Positions 47,904 to 59,650 are shown, counted from the first letter of the stretch. The stretch is 64,000 nucleotides of DNA from Escherichia coli (GCF_044647545.1 NZ_CP172818.1), one strand, 5' to 3'. Made by a program: numbers and translations. The notes: generated from the sequence alone by a model not told the origin.

Positions 47904-49664
47904 TTATTTTGCCCAGAATGCTGCTTTGGCGCGCTGCAGCTTTTCGTAGGCCTTCAACAACGACTGATGTGCAGCAAACGCGTGCAGATCGCTATCTACT
48001 GGTTGCAAGCCATAAAACGCCGCTTCGCCGCTCATTGCCGCACTGGCGGCTTCCACGGCATCTGCGCCGTACATGCGAACAAACGCATTCAGATATTGCA
48101 GCGGCTGGCGATCTTCTTCCTGCGCCAGTAATAACAACGTTTGCAGGCAGCGATAATAGTTGGCGCGTTCCGGACTAAATACTGATGAGTTAAACTCCAT
48201 CGTCCATTCGGTCCAGACCAGAGCCTGTTCCAGATCGCCACCAGCCAGCGCCAGCATGGCTTTTAATTCTCCGATACGCAGGGTGTACCAACCGTTATCC
48301 GACCCGGTCGCCAGACCCAACAGCTCACGCACGCGAGTAAAGTCATCAAAACCTTCTTCATCCAGTTGCTCGATAAGGTTCAGGTAATCTTCTTTTTCCC
48401 ACTCGCTGCCTGGTAACGAAAGAATCGTTTCACGTAAATGGCTGCCCATACTGTTATTCGCCAGCCACAGATCTTCAGCCGGATAAATATCGGACATGCC
48501 AGGCACGATAATTCGGCAAGCATAAACGCCCAGATGCTCGTAATCGGCAATATAAACTTCTTTATCTTCTTTGTTGAAGATAGCCATCAGCGTAGCAAAC
48601 TCTTCTTCCGTAGTGCCGGAGAAATTCCAGTCCACAAACGGATAATCGGCATCCTGCTTGAACAGGTCCCAGGAGATTAAACCGCTGGAATCGATAAAGT
48701 GCGTTTCGAGGTTGGTATGTTCAGCAACTTCTTCATCATCGAAGGTTGGCGGAGTAAACACATCCAAATCTTTCAGGCCACGACCTTGCAGCAGCTCGGT
48801 CACGGTACGTTCCAGTGCTACGCCAAAATCAGGATGCGCACCGAAAGAGGCAAAGCAGGTGCCGTTAGCAGGATTAAACAGAACCACGCAAATCACCGGA
48901 TACTGGCCGCCAAGCGAACCATCATAAGCAAAGATTGGGAAACCTTCTGCTTCCAGTGTTTCGATCGCTTCAACCACCGCTGGGTAACGCGCCAGCACGT
49001 CTGCCGGGATTTCCGGCAAGCTGATGCTTTCAGCAATAATGCGGTTTTTCACGTAGCGTTCGAAAACTTCGGACAATCCCTGAACGCGTGCTTCGTTACG
49101 GGTATTGCCAGCAGACATACCGTTAGAAACGTACAAGTTACCAATGATATTCATCGGAATATAAATGGTCTGGTTGTCGGACTGGCGCGTAAACGGTAGA
49201 CCGCAAATACCACGATCTTCGTTACCGGATTGCAGGTCAATCAGCATACTACCGGTCAGTTCATTCTCCGGATCGTAAAATGCGCGCAGACGGTCATCGA
49301 GCAGCCCTTCTGGTACATCGTCATTTTCGGTCAGTGGGAACCATTTTTCGTTGGGATAATGCACGAATGGGCCGTTGGCGATGGTTTCGCCCAGCCAGAA
49401 GTCCGCAAAAAAGTAGTTGGTTGAGAGACGCTCGAAATATTCACCGAGGGCAGAAGCCAGCGCCGCTTTTTTGGTTGCGCCTTTACCGTTGGTAAAACAC
49501 AGTGCGCACTCTTTGTCGCGAATATGTACAGACCAGACATTAGGCACGGGATTCAGCCAGGAGGCCTCTTCAATCTGAAAACCGAGGTCTGAAAGTTTTT
49601 GCTGGAAGCGTGCGATGGAATCTTCCAGAGCGGCATCTTTGCCGGGGATAAATGTTTGCGTCAT
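47904..49664 (-). CDS. ycaO: YcaO-domain protein (ATP-dependent amide activation family)
   Basis: ORF 47904-49697; start at MTQTFIPGKDAALED (586 aa); recognised YcaO sequence. Confidence 0.9.
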   Translation of the reverse strand: MTQTFIPGKDAALEDSIARFQQKLSDLGFQIEEASWLNPVPNVWSVHIRDKECALCFTNGKGATKKAALASALGEYFERLSTNYFFADFWLGETIANGPFVHYPNEKWFPLTENDDVPEGLLDDRLRAFYDPENELTGSMLIDLQSGNEDRGICGLPFTRQSDNQTIYIPMNIIGNLYVSNGMSAGNTRNEARVQGLSEVFERYVKNRIIAESISLPEIPADVLARYPAVVEAIETLEAEGFPIFAYDGSLGGQYPVICVVLFNPANGTCFASFGAHPDFGVALERTVTELLQGRGLKDLDVFTPPTFDDEEVAEHTNLETHFIDSSGLISWDLFKQDADYPFVDWNFSGTTEEEFATLMAIFNKEDKEVYIADYEHLGVYACRIIVPGMSDIYPAEDLWLANNSMGSHLRETILSLPGSEWEKEDYLNLIEQLDEEGFDDFTRVRELLGLATGSDNGWYTLRIGELKAMLALAGGDLEQALVWTEWTMEFNSSVFSPERANYYRCLQTLLLLAQEEDRQPLQYLNAFVRMYGADAVEAASAAMSGEAAFYGLQPVDSDLHAFAAHQSLLKAYEKLQRAKAAFWAK

Positions 49665-49793
49665 GAAAATCACTTTAGTCGTACGGAAAGCGCGCAATAA
49701 TACGGGTTTTATCTCAAAGGCGCTATCACCGCCGCCATGCCGATGAACTGTTGGCTATGCTTTTAGCGGATAAACCACGATAAGAGCATAAAA

Positions 49794-50486
49794 ATGAAGG
49801 CGTTCGATCTCCACCGTATGGCATTTGATAAAGTGCCTTTTGATTTCCTTGGCGAAGTGGCACTACGTAGTCTTTATACCTTTGTACTGGTTTTTTTGTT
49901 CCTCAAAATGACCGGAAGACGCGGTGTGCGGCAGATGTCGCTGTTTGAAGTGTTAATCATTCTGACGCTGGGTTCAGCGGCGGGAGATGTGGCGTTTTAT
50001 GATGATGTGCCGATGGTCCCGGTACTTATCGTCTTTATTACTCTGGCGTTGTTATACCGCCTGGTAATGTGGTTGATGGCGCACAGTGAAAAACTGGAAG
50101 ATCTACTGGAAGGTAAGCCGGTTGTCATTATTGAAGATGGCGAGCTGGCCTGGTCGAAACTCAATAACTCCAACATGACGGAATTTGAGTTCTTTATGGA
50201 GCTACGATTGCGCGGTGTGGAACAGCTGGGGCAGGTACGTCTGGCGATTCTCGAAACCAACGGGCAAATCAGTGTCTATTTCTTTGAAGATGACAAGGTG
50301 AAACCGGGGTTACTTATTTTACCCAGTGACTGTACTCAGCGTTACAAAGTGGTGCCGGAGTCGGCGGACTATGCCTGCATTCGTTGCAGTGAAATCATTC
50401 ATTTGAACGCGGGGGAAAAACAATTATGTCCGCGCTGTGCAAATCCAGAATGGACGAAGGCAAGTCGGGCAAAACGGGTGACCTGA
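49794..50486 (+). CDS. ycaP: DUF421-family inner-membrane protein YcaP
   Basis: 230-aa ORF with N-terminal TM segments; divergent from ycaO. Confidence 0.8.
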   Translation: MKAFDLHRMAFDKVPFDFLGEVALRSLYTFVLVFLFLKMTGRRGVRQMSLFEVLIILTLGSAAGDVAFYDDVPMVPVLIVFITLALLYRLVMWLMAHSEKLEDLLEGKPVVIIEDGELAWSKLNNSNMTEFEFFMELRLRGVEQLGQVRLAILETNGQISVYFFEDDKVKPGLLILPSDCTQRYKVVPESADYACIRCSEIIHLNAGEKQLCPRCANPEWTKASRAKRVT

Positions 50487-50684
50487 CAGTAAAAACATCG
50501 GCTTTTTGCTAATAATCCGAGAGATTCTTTTGTGTGATGCAAGCCACATGTTTGCCCTCAACGGTTTTACTCATTGCGATGTGTGTCACTGAATGATAAA
50601 ACCGATAGCCACAGGAATAATGTATTACCTGTGGTCGCAATCGATTGACCGCGGGTTAATAGCAACGCAACGTGGTGAGGGGAA

Positions 50685-51773
50685 ATGGCTCAAATCTTCA
50701 ATTTTAGTTCTGGTCCGGCAATGCTACCGGCAGAGGTGCTTAAACAGGCTCAACAGGAACTGCGTGACTGGAACGGTCTTGGTACGTCGGTGATGGAAGT
50801 GAGTCACCGGGGCAAAGAGTTCATTCAGGTTGCAGAGGAAGCCGAGAAGGATTTTCGCGATCTTCTTAACATCCCCTCCAACTACAAAGTATTGTTCTGC
50901 CATGGCGGCGGTCGCGGTCAGTTTGCTGCTGTTCCGCTGAATATTCTCGGTGATAAAACCACCGCAGATTATGTTGATGCCGGTTACTGGGCGGCAAGTG
51001 CCATTAAAGAAGCGAAAAAATATTGCACGCCTAATGTCTTCGACGCCAAAGTGACTGTTGATGGTCTGCGCGCGGTTAAGCCAATGCGCGAATGGCAACT
51101 CTCTGATAATGCTGCTTATATGCATTACTGCCCGAATGAAACCATCGACGGTATCGCTATCGACGAAACGCCAGACTTCGGCAAAGATGTGGTGGTCGCC
51201 GCCGACTTCTCTTCAACCATTCTTTCCCGTCCGATTGACGTCAGCCGTTATGGTGTAATTTACGCTGGCGCGCAGAAAAATATCGGCCCGGCTGGCCTGA
51301 CAATCGTCATCGTTCGTGAAGATTTGCTGGGCAAAGCGAATATCGCGTGTCCGTCGATTCTGGATTATTCCATTCTCAACGATAACGATTCCATGTTCAA
51401 CACGCCGCCGACATTTGCCTGGTACTTATCTGGCCTGGTCTTCAAATGGCTGAAAGCGAACGGCGGTGTGGTTGCAATGGATAAAATCAATCAGCAAAAA
51501 GCAGAACTGCTATATGGGGTGATTGATAACAGCGATTTCTACCGCAATGACGTGGCGAAAGCTAACCGTTCGCGGATGAACGTGCCGTTCCAGTTGGCGG
51601 ACAGTGCGCTTGACAAATTGTTCCTTGAAGAGTCTTTTGCTGCAGGCCTTCATGCACTGAAAGGTCACCGTGTGGTCGGCGGAATGCGTGCGTCTATTTA
51701 TAACGCCATGCCACTGGAAGGCGTTAAAGCGCTGACAGACTTCATGGTTGAGTTCGAACGCCGTCACGGCTAA
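50685..51773 (+). CDS. serC: phosphoserine aminotransferase
   Basis: 362-aa [18 protein letters not shown]; PLP aminotransferase class V recognised. Confidence 0.95.
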   Translation: MAQIFNFSSGPAMLPAEVLKQAQQELRDWNGLGTSVMEVSHRGKEFIQVAEEAEKDFRDLLNIPSNYKVLFCHGGGRGQFAAVPLNILGDKTTADYVDAGYWAASAIKEAKKYCTPNVFDAKVTVDGLRAVKPMREWQLSDNAAYMHYCPNETIDGIAIDETPDFGKDVVVAADFSSTILSRPIDVSRYGVIYAGAQKNIGPAGLTIVIVREDLLGKANIACPSILDYSILNDNDSMFNTPPTFAWYLSGLVFKWLKANGGVVAMDKINQQKAELLYGVIDNSDFYRNDVAKANRSRMNVPFQLADSALDKLFLEESFAAGLHALKGHRVVGGMRASIYNAMPLEGVKALTDFMVEFERRHG

Positions 51774-51792
51774 TGTCGAAATTTTGCATAAT

Positions 51793-51820
51793 CCCCACAG
51801 CCAGCCTGTGGGGTTTTTAT
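51793..51820 (+). terminator. intrinsic terminator/attenuator between serC and aroA
   Basis: CCCCACAG-CCAGC-CTGTGGGG perfect 8-bp stem followed by TTTTTATTT. Confidence 0.7.
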
Positions 51821-51843
51821 TTCTGTTGTAGAGAGTTGAGTTC

Positions 51844-53127
51844 ATGGAATCCCTAACGTTACAACCCATCGCTCGTGTCGATGGCACTATTAATCTGCCC
51901 GGTTCCAAGAGCGTTTCTAACCGCGCTTTATTGCTGGCGGCATTAGCACACGGCAAAACAGTATTAACCAATCTGCTGGATAGCGATGACGTGCGCCATA
52001 TGCTGAATGCATTAACAGCGTTAGGGGTAAACTATACGCTTTCAGCCGATCGTACGCGTTGCGAAATTATCGGTAACGGTGGGCCATTACACGCAGAAAG
52101 TGCCCGGGAGTTGTTCCTCGGTAACGCCGGAACGGCAATGCGTCCGCTGGCGGCAGCACTTTGCCTGGGTAGCAATGATATTGTACTGACCGGTGAACCG
52201 CGAATGAAAGAACGCCCGATTGGTCATCTGGTGGATGCGCTGCGCCAGGGCGGGGCGAAGATCACTTACCTGGAACAAGAAAATTATCCGCCATTGCGTT
52301 TACAGGGCGGCTTTACTGGCGGCAACGTTGATGTTGATGGCTCCGTTTCAAGCCAGTTCCTCACCGCACTGTTAATGACTGCACCTCTTGCGCCGGAAGA
52401 TACGGTGATTCGTATTAAAGGCGATCTGGTTTCTAAACCTTATATCGACATCACCCTCAATCTGATGAAGACGTTTGGTGTTGAAATTGAAAATCAGCAC
52501 TATCAACAATTTGTCGTAAAAGGGGGGCAGTCTTATCAGTCTCCGGGTACTTATTTGGTCGAAGGCGATGCATCCTCGGCTTCTTATTTCCTGGCAGCAG
52601 CAGCAATCAGAGGCGGCACTGTAAAAGTGACCGGCATTGGACGCAACAGTATGCAGGGTGATATTCGCTTTGCTGATGTGCTGGAAAAAATGGGTGCGAC
52701 CATTTGCTGGGGCGATGATTATATTTCCTGCACGCGTGGTGAACTGAACGCCATTGATATGGATATGAACCATATTCCTGATGCGGCGATGACCATTGCC
52801 ACGGCGGCGTTATTTGCAAAAGGCACCACCACGCTGCGCAATATCTATAACTGGCGTGTTAAAGAGACCGATCGCCTGTTTGCGATGGCAACAGAACTGC
52901 GTAAAGTTGGTGCGGAAGTCGAAGAGGGGCACGATTACATTCGTATCACTCCTCCGGAAAAACTGAACTTTGCCGAGATCGCCACTTATAATGATCACCG
53001 GATGGCGATGTGTTTCTCGCTAGTGGCGTTGTCAGATACACCAGTGACGATTCTTGATCCCAAATGCACGGCCAAAACATTTCCGGATTATTTCGAGCAG
53101 CTGGCGCGGATTAGCCAGGCAGCCTGA
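51844..53127 (+). CDS. aroA: 3-phosphoshikimate 1-carboxyvinyltransferase (EPSP synthase)
   Basis: 427-aa ORF; N-terminal [17 protein letters not shown] motif. Confidence 0.95.
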   Translation: MESLTLQPIARVDGTINLPGSKSVSNRALLLAALAHGKTVLTNLLDSDDVRHMLNALTALGVNYTLSADRTRCEIIGNGGPLHAESARELFLGNAGTAMRPLAAALCLGSNDIVLTGEPRMKERPIGHLVDALRQGGAKITYLEQENYPPLRLQGGFTGGNVDVDGSVSSQFLTALLMTAPLAPEDTVIRIKGDLVSKPYIDITLNLMKTFGVEIENQHYQQFVVKGGQSYQSPGTYLVEGDASSASYFLAAAAIRGGTVKVTGIGRNSMQGDIRFADVLEKMGATICWGDDYISCTRGELNAIDMDMNHIPDAAMTIATAALFAKGTTTLRNIYNWRVKETDRLFAMATELRKVGAEVEEGHDYIRITPPEKLNFAEIATYNDHRMAMCFSLVALSDTPVTILDPKCTAKTFPDYFEQLARISQAA

Positions 53128-53166
53128 ATGAACAACGGGCAATAAATAGCCAAATCTTTCTTTATC

Positions 53167-53198
53167 AAAACGTCGGCACATTGTCGGCGTTTTTTTTC
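53167..53198 (+). terminator. putative intrinsic terminator after aroA
   Basis: CGUCGGC-ACAUU-GUCGGCG stem (two G-U pairs) followed by an 8-nt T run. Confidence 0.55.
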
Positions 53199-53295
53199 GG
53201 ACCTTGTGAGTCATTTTGATTAATGGTAGCGTCGCTTGTCAATGTAAGTTGTTGATACATAATATTTATATATGATTAATCAACGGATGATTCAC

Positions 53296-54060
53296 ATGAA
53301 GAATACTAAATTACTGCTGGCGATTGCGGCCTCTGCAGCATTACTGACAGGGTGTCAAAATACCCACGGTATTGATACCAATATGGCTATCAGCTCAGGT
53401 TTAAATGCCTATAAAGCAGCAACGTTAAGCGATGCTGATGCAAAAGCGATTGCCAATCAGGGCTGTGCCGAAATGGACAGCGGCAATCAAGTCGCAAGTA
53501 AATCCAGCAAGTACGGTAAACGTCTGGCAAAAATCGCCAAAGCATTGGGTAACAATATTAATGGCACGCCGGTCAACTATAAGGTTTATATGACCAGCGA
53601 CGTCAACGCATGGGCGATGGCGAACGGCTGTGTTCGTGTCTACAGTGGCCTGATGGACATGATGAACGACAACGAAATTGAAGGCGTTCTGGGCCATGAA
53701 CTGGGCCACGTCGCGTTGGGTCACTCGCTGGCTGAAATGAAAGCTTCTTATGCGATCGTTGCCGCACGTGATGCGATTTCCGCTACCAGCGGTGTGGCTT
53801 CCCAGCTTTCTCGCTCACAATTAGGTGATATCGCAGAAGGCGCGATCAATGCTAAATACTCCCGCGATAAAGAGTCCGAAGCAGATGATTTCTCCTTTGA
53901 TCTGTTGAAGAAACGTGGCATCAGCACCCAGGGGCTGGTTGGCAGCTTTGAAAAATTGGCCAGCCTGGATGGCGGTCGTACCCAGTCCATGTTTGACTCT
54001 CACCCACCATCAACAGAGCGTGCGCAACACATCCGTGATCGTATCGCCTCTGGTAAGTAA
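53296..54060 (+). CDS. ycaL: M48-family metallopeptidase lipoprotein YcaL
   Basis: ORF 53272-54060; start at MKNTKLLLAIAASAALLTGCQN (lipobox LTGC); zinc motif HELGHVALGH. Confidence 0.85.
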   Translation: MKNTKLLLAIAASAALLTGCQNTHGIDTNMAISSGLNAYKAATLSDADAKAIANQGCAEMDSGNQVASKSSKYGKRLAKIAKALGNNINGTPVNYKVYMTSDVNAWAMANGCVRVYSGLMDMMNDNEIEGVLGHELGHVALGHSLAEMKASYAIVAARDAISATSGVASQLSRSQLGDIAEGAINAKYSRDKESEADDFSFDLLKKRGISTQGLVGSFEKLASLDGGRTQSMFDSHPPSTERAQHIRDRIASGK

Positions 54061-54182
54061 ATCATTGTCATCTTTCGGGCTGGTCTTCTGCCAGCCCGCT
54101 ATAATTGCGCAATAAATCCCCATCTGAATACAGACAAAACTGGTTTTTGCACACAACGTTAACGATTTGTGGCGTCGGCGCG

Positions 54183-54188
54183 TATAAT
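54183..54188 (+). promoter_or_regulatory. candidate -10 hexamer TATAAT upstream of cmk
   Basis: Perfect TATAAT about 45 bp before cmk start; no good -35 at 17 bp spacing. Confidence 0.3.
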
Positions 54189-54232
54189 GCGCGCGGTTAT
54201 GTTAACGGTACGCCTGTTTTAAGGAGATAAAG

Positions 54233-54916
54233 ATGACGGCAATTGCCCCGGTTATTACCATTGATGGCCCAAGCGGTGCAGGGAAAGGCACCTTGTGTAA
54301 GGCTATGGCGGAAGCGTTGCAATGGCATCTGCTGGATTCGGGTGCAATTTATCGCGTACTGGCACTGGCGGCATTACATCACCATGTTGATGTTGCTTCG
54401 GAAGATGCGCTGGTGCCGCTGGCATCCCATCTGGATGTACGTTTTGTGTCGACCAATGGCAATCTGGAAGTGATCCTCGAAGGGGAAGATGTCAGCGGCG
54501 AAATTCGTACTCAGGAAGTGGCGAATGCTGCTTCACAAGTCGCGGCATTCCCACGCGTTCGTGAAGCATTATTGCGTCGCCAACGCGCGTTTCGCGAATT
54601 ACCAGGCCTGATTGCCGATGGCCGCGACATGGGAACGGTGGTATTCCCTGATGCGCCAGTGAAAATTTTCCTTGACGCCTCCTCGGAAGAACGTGCGCAT
54701 CGCCGCATGCTACAGTTGCAGGAGAAGGGCTTTAGTGTTAACTTTGAGCGCCTTTTGGCCGAGATCAAAGAACGCGACGACCGCGATCGTAACCGAGCGG
54801 TAGCGCCACTGGTTCCGGCAGCCGATGCTTTAGTGTTGGATTCCACCACCTTAAGCATTGAGCAAGTGATTGAAAAAGCGCTACAATACGCGCGCCAGAA
54901 ATTGGCTCTCGCATAA
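54233..54916 (+). CDS. cmk: cytidylate kinase
   Basis: 227-aa ORF; P-loop GPSGAGKGT. Confidence 0.93.
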
Positions 54917-55026
54917 GCGACCGAATTTGCAGTACCCCCGTTGCAATGGAATGACAGCGGGTATGTTAAACAACCCCATCCGGCATGGAGCCAGGTGGAC
55001 GTTAAATATAAACCTGAAGATTAAAC

Positions 55027-56700
55027 ATGACTGAATCTTTTGCTCAACTCTTTGAAGAGTCCTTAAAAGAAATCGAAACCCGCCCGGGTTCTATCGTTCG
55101 TGGCGTTGTTGTTGCTATCGACAAAGACGTAGTACTGGTTGACGCTGGTCTGAAATCTGAGTCCGCCATCCCGGCTGAGCAGTTCAAAAACGCCCAGGGC
55201 GAGCTGGAAATCCAGGTAGGTGACGAAGTTGACGTTGCTCTGGACGCAGTAGAAGACGGCTTCGGTGAAACTCTGCTGTCCCGTGAGAAAGCTAAACGTC
55301 ACGAAGCTTGGATCACGCTGGAAAAAGCTTACGAAGATGCTGAAACTGTTACCGGTGTTATCAACGGCAAAGTTAAGGGCGGCTTCACTGTTGAGCTGAA
55401 CGGTATTCGTGCGTTCCTGCCAGGTTCTCTGGTAGACGTTCGTCCGGTGCGTGACACTCTGCACCTGGAAGGAAAAGAGCTTGAATTCAAAGTAATCAAG
55501 CTGGATCAGAAGCGCAACAACGTTGTTGTTTCTCGTCGTGCCGTTATCGAATCCGAAAACAGCGCAGAGCGCGATCAGCTGCTGGAAAACCTGCAGGAAG
55601 GCATGGAAGTTAAAGGTATCGTTAAGAACCTCACTGACTACGGTGCATTCGTTGATCTGGGCGGCGTTGACGGCCTGCTGCACATCACTGATATGGCCTG
55701 GAAACGCGTTAAGCATCCGAGCGAAATCGTCAACGTGGGCGACGAAATCACTGTTAAAGTGCTGAAGTTCGACCGCGAACGTACCCGTGTATCCCTGGGC
55801 CTGAAACAGCTGGGTGAAGATCCGTGGGTAGCTATCGCTAAACGTTATCCGGAAGGTACCAAACTGACTGGTCGCGTGACCAACCTGACCGACTACGGCT
55901 GCTTCGTTGAAATCGAAGAAGGCGTTGAAGGCCTGGTACACGTTTCCGAAATGGATTGGACCAACAAAAACATCCACCCGTCCAAAGTTGTTAACGTTGG
56001 CGATGTAGTGGAAGTTATGGTTCTGGATATCGACGAAGAACGTCGTCGTATCTCCCTGGGTCTGAAACAGTGCAAAGCTAACCCGTGGCAGCAGTTCGCG
56101 GAAACCCACAACAAGGGTGACCGTGTTGAAGGTAAAATCAAGTCTATCACTGACTTCGGTATCTTCATCGGCCTGGACGGCGGCATCGACGGCCTGGTTC
56201 ACCTGTCTGACATCTCCTGGAACGTTGCAGGCGAAGAAGCAGTTCGTGAATACAAAAAAGGCGACGAAATCGCTGCAGTTGTTCTGCAGGTTGACGCAGA
56301 ACGTGAACGTATCTCCCTGGGCGTTAAACAGCTCGCAGAAGATCCGTTCAACAACTGGGTTGCTCTGAACAAGAAAGGCGCTATCGTAACCGGTAAAGTA
56401 ACTGCAGTTGACGCTAAAGGCGCAACCGTAGAACTGGCTGACGGCGTTGAAGGTTACCTGCGTGCTTCTGAAGCATCCCGTGACCGCGTTGAAGACGCTA
56501 CCCTGGTTCTGAGCGTTGGCGACGAAGTTGAAGCTAAATTCACCGGCGTTGATCGTAAAAACCGCGCAATCAGCCTGTCTGTTCGTGCGAAAGACGAAGC
56601 TGACGAGAAAGATGCAATCGCAACTGTTAACAAACAGGAAGATGCAAACTTCTCCAACAACGCAATGGCTGAAGCTTTCAAAGCAGCTAAAGGCGAGTAA
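55027..56700 (+). CDS. rpsA: 30S ribosomal protein S1
   Basis: 557-aa ORF with six S1 repeats; recognised sequence. Confidence 0.97.
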
Positions 56701-56784
56701 TTCTCTGACTCTTCGGGATTTTTATTCCGAAGTTTGTTGAGTTTACTTGACAGATTGCAGGTTTCGTCCTGTAATCAAGCACTA

Positions 56785-56804
56785 AGGGCGGCTACGGCCG
56801 CCCT
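56785..56804 (+). terminator. stem-loop between rpsA and ihfB (partial terminator or processing site)
   Basis: AGGGCGGC-TACG-GCCGCCCT perfect 8-bp GC stem without a following T run. Confidence 0.4.
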
Positions 56805-56859
56805 TAATCAATGCAGCAACAGCAGCCGCTTAATTTGCCTTTAAGGAACCGGAGGAATC

Positions 56860-57144
56860 ATGACCAAGTCAGAATTGATAGAAAGACTTGCCACCCAGCA
56901 ATCGCACATTCCCGCCAAGACGGTTGAAGATGCAGTAAAAGAGATGCTGGAGCATATGGCCTCGACTCTTGCGCAGGGCGAGCGTATTGAAATCCGCGGT
57001 TTCGGCAGTTTCTCTTTGCACTACCGCGCACCACGTACCGGACGTAATCCGAAGACTGGCGATAAAGTAGAACTGGAAGGAAAATACGTTCCTCACTTTA
57101 AACCAGGTAAAGAACTGCGCGATCGCGCCAATATTTACGGTTAA
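56860..57144 (+). CDS. ihfB: integration host factor beta subunit
   Basis: 94-aa [14 protein letters not shown]; HU/IHF family recognised. Confidence 0.95.
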
Positions 57145-57171
57145 GTTTTTACTCAAACTTGAACGCGAGAA

Positions 57172-57195
57172 AAGCACCTGTCGGGTGCTTTTTTC
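57172..57195 (+). terminator. intrinsic terminator of ihfB
   Basis: AAAAGCACC-TGTCG-GGTGCTTTTTT. Confidence 0.7.
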
Positions 57196-57349
57196 ATTTC
57201 TCTAATCTGGAACTGGAAGCTGCCTCGCAGAGTTTTGAGCAGTTTTCACCCTATCGTTAAATTCTTCTGAACGTGCCTCGGGGAACGCAAAACACCCACC
57301 AGACAACCGTTCAACAAAGTTGCACACTTTCTATAAACAGGGAGGGTGC

Positions 57350-59614
57350 ATGAAAATAACGACAGTCGGCGTATGCATAATTTGCGGAATTTTTCCGTTG
57401 CTGATTTTGCCCCAATTGCCAGGGACAGTAACCCTTGCGTTTCTGACTCTCTTCGCCTGTGTACTGGCATTTATCCCTGTTAAAACCGTCCGTTATATCG
57501 CGCTGACGTTGCTGTTTTTTCTTTGGGGCATATCAGCGGCAAAGCAAATTTTGTGGGCAGGAGAAACCTTAACTGGCGCGACGCAGGATGCAATAGTTGA
57601 GATCACTGCTACTGACGGCATGACCACTCATTACGGTCAAATCACTCATCTACAAAGTCGACGTATATTCCCTGCGCCAGGCCTCGTACTGTATGGCGAA
57701 TATCTTCCGCAAGCGGTTTGTGCCGGACAAGTATGGTCAATGAAACTCAAAGTTCGTGCAGTTCATGGCCAACTTAATGATGGCGGCTTTGATAGCCAGC
57801 GTTATGCCATTGCCCAGCATCAGCCGCTGACCGGCCGCTTTCTGCAGGCAAGTGTCATTGAACCGAATTGTAGCCTGCGTGCACAGTATCTGGCGTCATT
57901 ACAAACAACGCTGCAACCCTATCCGTGGAATGCGGTTATTCTTGGTTTAGGTATGGGGGAACGGTTATCCGTTCCCAAAGAAATCAAAAATATCATGCGC
58001 GATACTGGAACGGCGCATTTAATGGCGATATCGGGATTGCATATCGCTTTTGCGGCGTTGCTGGCTGCCGGACTCATTCGCAGTGGACAAATTTTTCTGC
58101 CTGGGCGCTGGATCCACTGGCAAATGCCATTAATTGGCGGAATCTGCTGTGCTGCTTTTTATGCCTGGCTGACTGGGATGCAACCTCCTGCATTGCGTAC
58201 CGTGGTGGCGCTTGCCATGTGGGGAATGCTTAAGTTAAGTGGGCGACAGTGGAGTGGCTGGGATGTATGGATATGTTGTCTGGCGGCAATTTTGCTGATG
58301 GATCCTGTTGCCATTCTTTCGCAAAGTTTATGGCTCTCTGCCGCTGCGGTCGCGGCGCTGATTTTTTGGTATCAGTGGTTTCCCTGTCCGGAGTGGCAAC
58401 TGCCGCCAGTATTGCGCGCGGTTGTTGCCCTCATCCATCTACAACTGGGAATCACGCTCCTGCTAATGCCTGTGCAAATCGTCGTATTTCATGGCATTAG
58501 TCTGACCTCGTTTATTGCAAACCTATTTGCAATTCCCCTGGTGACATTTATCACGGTTCCGTTGATCCTCGCCGCGATGGTTATGCATTTAAGCGGGCCG
58601 TTAATCGTGGAGCAAGGAGTATGGTTTCTTGCCGACCGGTCTTTGGCTTTGCTTTTCTGGGGGTTAAAGAGTTTGCCAGAAGGGTGGATCAACATTGCTG
58701 AACGTTGGCAATGGCTATCATTTTCCCCATGGTTCTTACTGGTGGTATGGCGATTAAACGCCTGGCGAACGTTGCCAGCAATGTGTGTGGCTGGAGGCTT
58801 GCTGATGTGCTGGCCGCTGTGGCAAAAACCTCGACCTGACGAGTGGCAAGTGTACATGCTTGATGTCGGGCAAGGGCTGGCAATGGTGATAGCCAGAAAC
58901 GGCAAAGCGATTCTCTATGACACGGGACTGGCCTGGCCTGAAGGGGATAGTGGGCAACAACTGATTATCCCCTGGCTCCACTGGCATAATCTTGAACCGG
59001 AAGGCGTTATTCTGAGTCATGAACATCTGGATCACCGGGGAGGGCTGGACTCAATATTGCATACATGGCCGATGTTATGGATCAGAAGTCCGTTAAACTG
59101 GGAACACCATCAGCCCTGTGTGCGTGGCGAAGCGTGGCAATGGCAAGGATTGCGTTTCAGCGCGCACTGGCCTTTACAAGGTAGCAACGATAAAGGAAAT
59201 AACCATTCCTGTGTGGTTAAGGTTGATGACGGGACGAATAGCATTCTTCTAACCGGTGATATTGAAGCCCCTGCTGAACAAAAGATGCTAAGCCGTTACT
59301 GGCAGCAAATGCAGGCAACATTACTTCAGGTACCTCACCATGGCAGTAATACCTCATCATCGTTGCCATTAATTCAGCGAGTGAATGGAAAAGTGGCACT
59401 CGCATCGGCATCGCGCTATAACGCATGGCGACTGCCCTCAAGCAAAGTTAAACATCGCTATCAACAACAGGGTTATAAGTGGCTTGATACTCCACATCAG
59501 GGTCAAATAACGGTCAATTTTTCAGCGCAAGGCTGGCGGATTAGCAGCCTCAGAGAGCAAATTTTACCTCGTTGGTATCATCAGTGGTTTGGCGTGCCAG
59601 TGGATAACGGGTAG
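57350..59614 (+). CDS. ycaI: ComEC/Rec2-family inner-membrane protein with C-terminal metallo-beta-lactamase-like domain
   Basis: ORF 57320-59614; start at MKITTVGVCIICGIF (754 aa); polytopic N-terminal half; HxHxDH motif (SHEHLDHRGG). Confidence 0.85.
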   Translation: MKITTVGVCIICGIFPLLILPQLPGTVTLAFLTLFACVLAFIPVKTVRYIALTLLFFLWGISAAKQILWAGETLTGATQDAIVEITATDGMTTHYGQITHLQSRRIFPAPGLVLYGEYLPQAVCAGQVWSMKLKVRAVHGQLNDGGFDSQRYAIAQHQPLTGRFLQASVIEPNCSLRAQYLASLQTTLQPYPWNAVILGLGMGERLSVPKEIKNIMRDTGTAHLMAISGLHIAFAALLAAGLIRSGQIFLPGRWIHWQMPLIGGICCAAFYAWLTGMQPPALRTVVALAMWGMLKLSGRQWSGWDVWICCLAAILLMDPVAILSQSLWLSAAAVAALIFWYQWFPCPEWQLPPVLRAVVALIHLQLGITLLLMPVQIVVFHGISLTSFIANLFAIPLVTFITVPLILAAMVMHLSGPLIVEQGVWFLADRSLALLFWGLKSLPEGWINIAERWQWLSFSPWFLLVVWRLNAWRTLPAMCVAGGLLMCWPLWQKPRPDEWQVYMLDVGQGLAMVIARNGKAILYDTGLAWPEGDSGQQLIIPWLHWHNLEPEGVILSHEHLDHRGGLDSILHTWPMLWIRSPLNWEHHQPCVRGEAWQWQGLRFSAHWPLQGSNDKGNNHSCVVKVDDGTNSILLTGDIEAPAEQKMLSRYWQQMQATLLQVPHHGSNTSSSLPLIQRVNGKVALASASRYNAWRLPSSKVKHRYQQQGYKWLDTPHQGQITVNFSAQGWRISSLREQILPRWYHQWFGVPVDNG

Positions 59615-59650
59615 AATATGCGGCTATTTCAACAAATGCTGGTTTTTTGA

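Noticed and set aside
48699-49199. 166-codon ORF antisense to ycaO
   Set aside because: Codon-aligned antisense shadow within ycaO.
54077-54097. Hairpin GGGCTGG-N7-CCAGCCC after ycaL as a terminator
   Set aside because: Perfect 7-bp stem but not followed by a U-rich tract on either strand; it may be a weak or factor-dependent element, so not called as an intrinsic terminator.
55063-56202. 379-codon ORF antisense to rpsA
   Set aside because: Exactly codon-aligned reverse complement of rpsA; explained by absence of TTA/CTA/TCA codons in this very highly expressed gene; low-complexity translation and no independent start signals.
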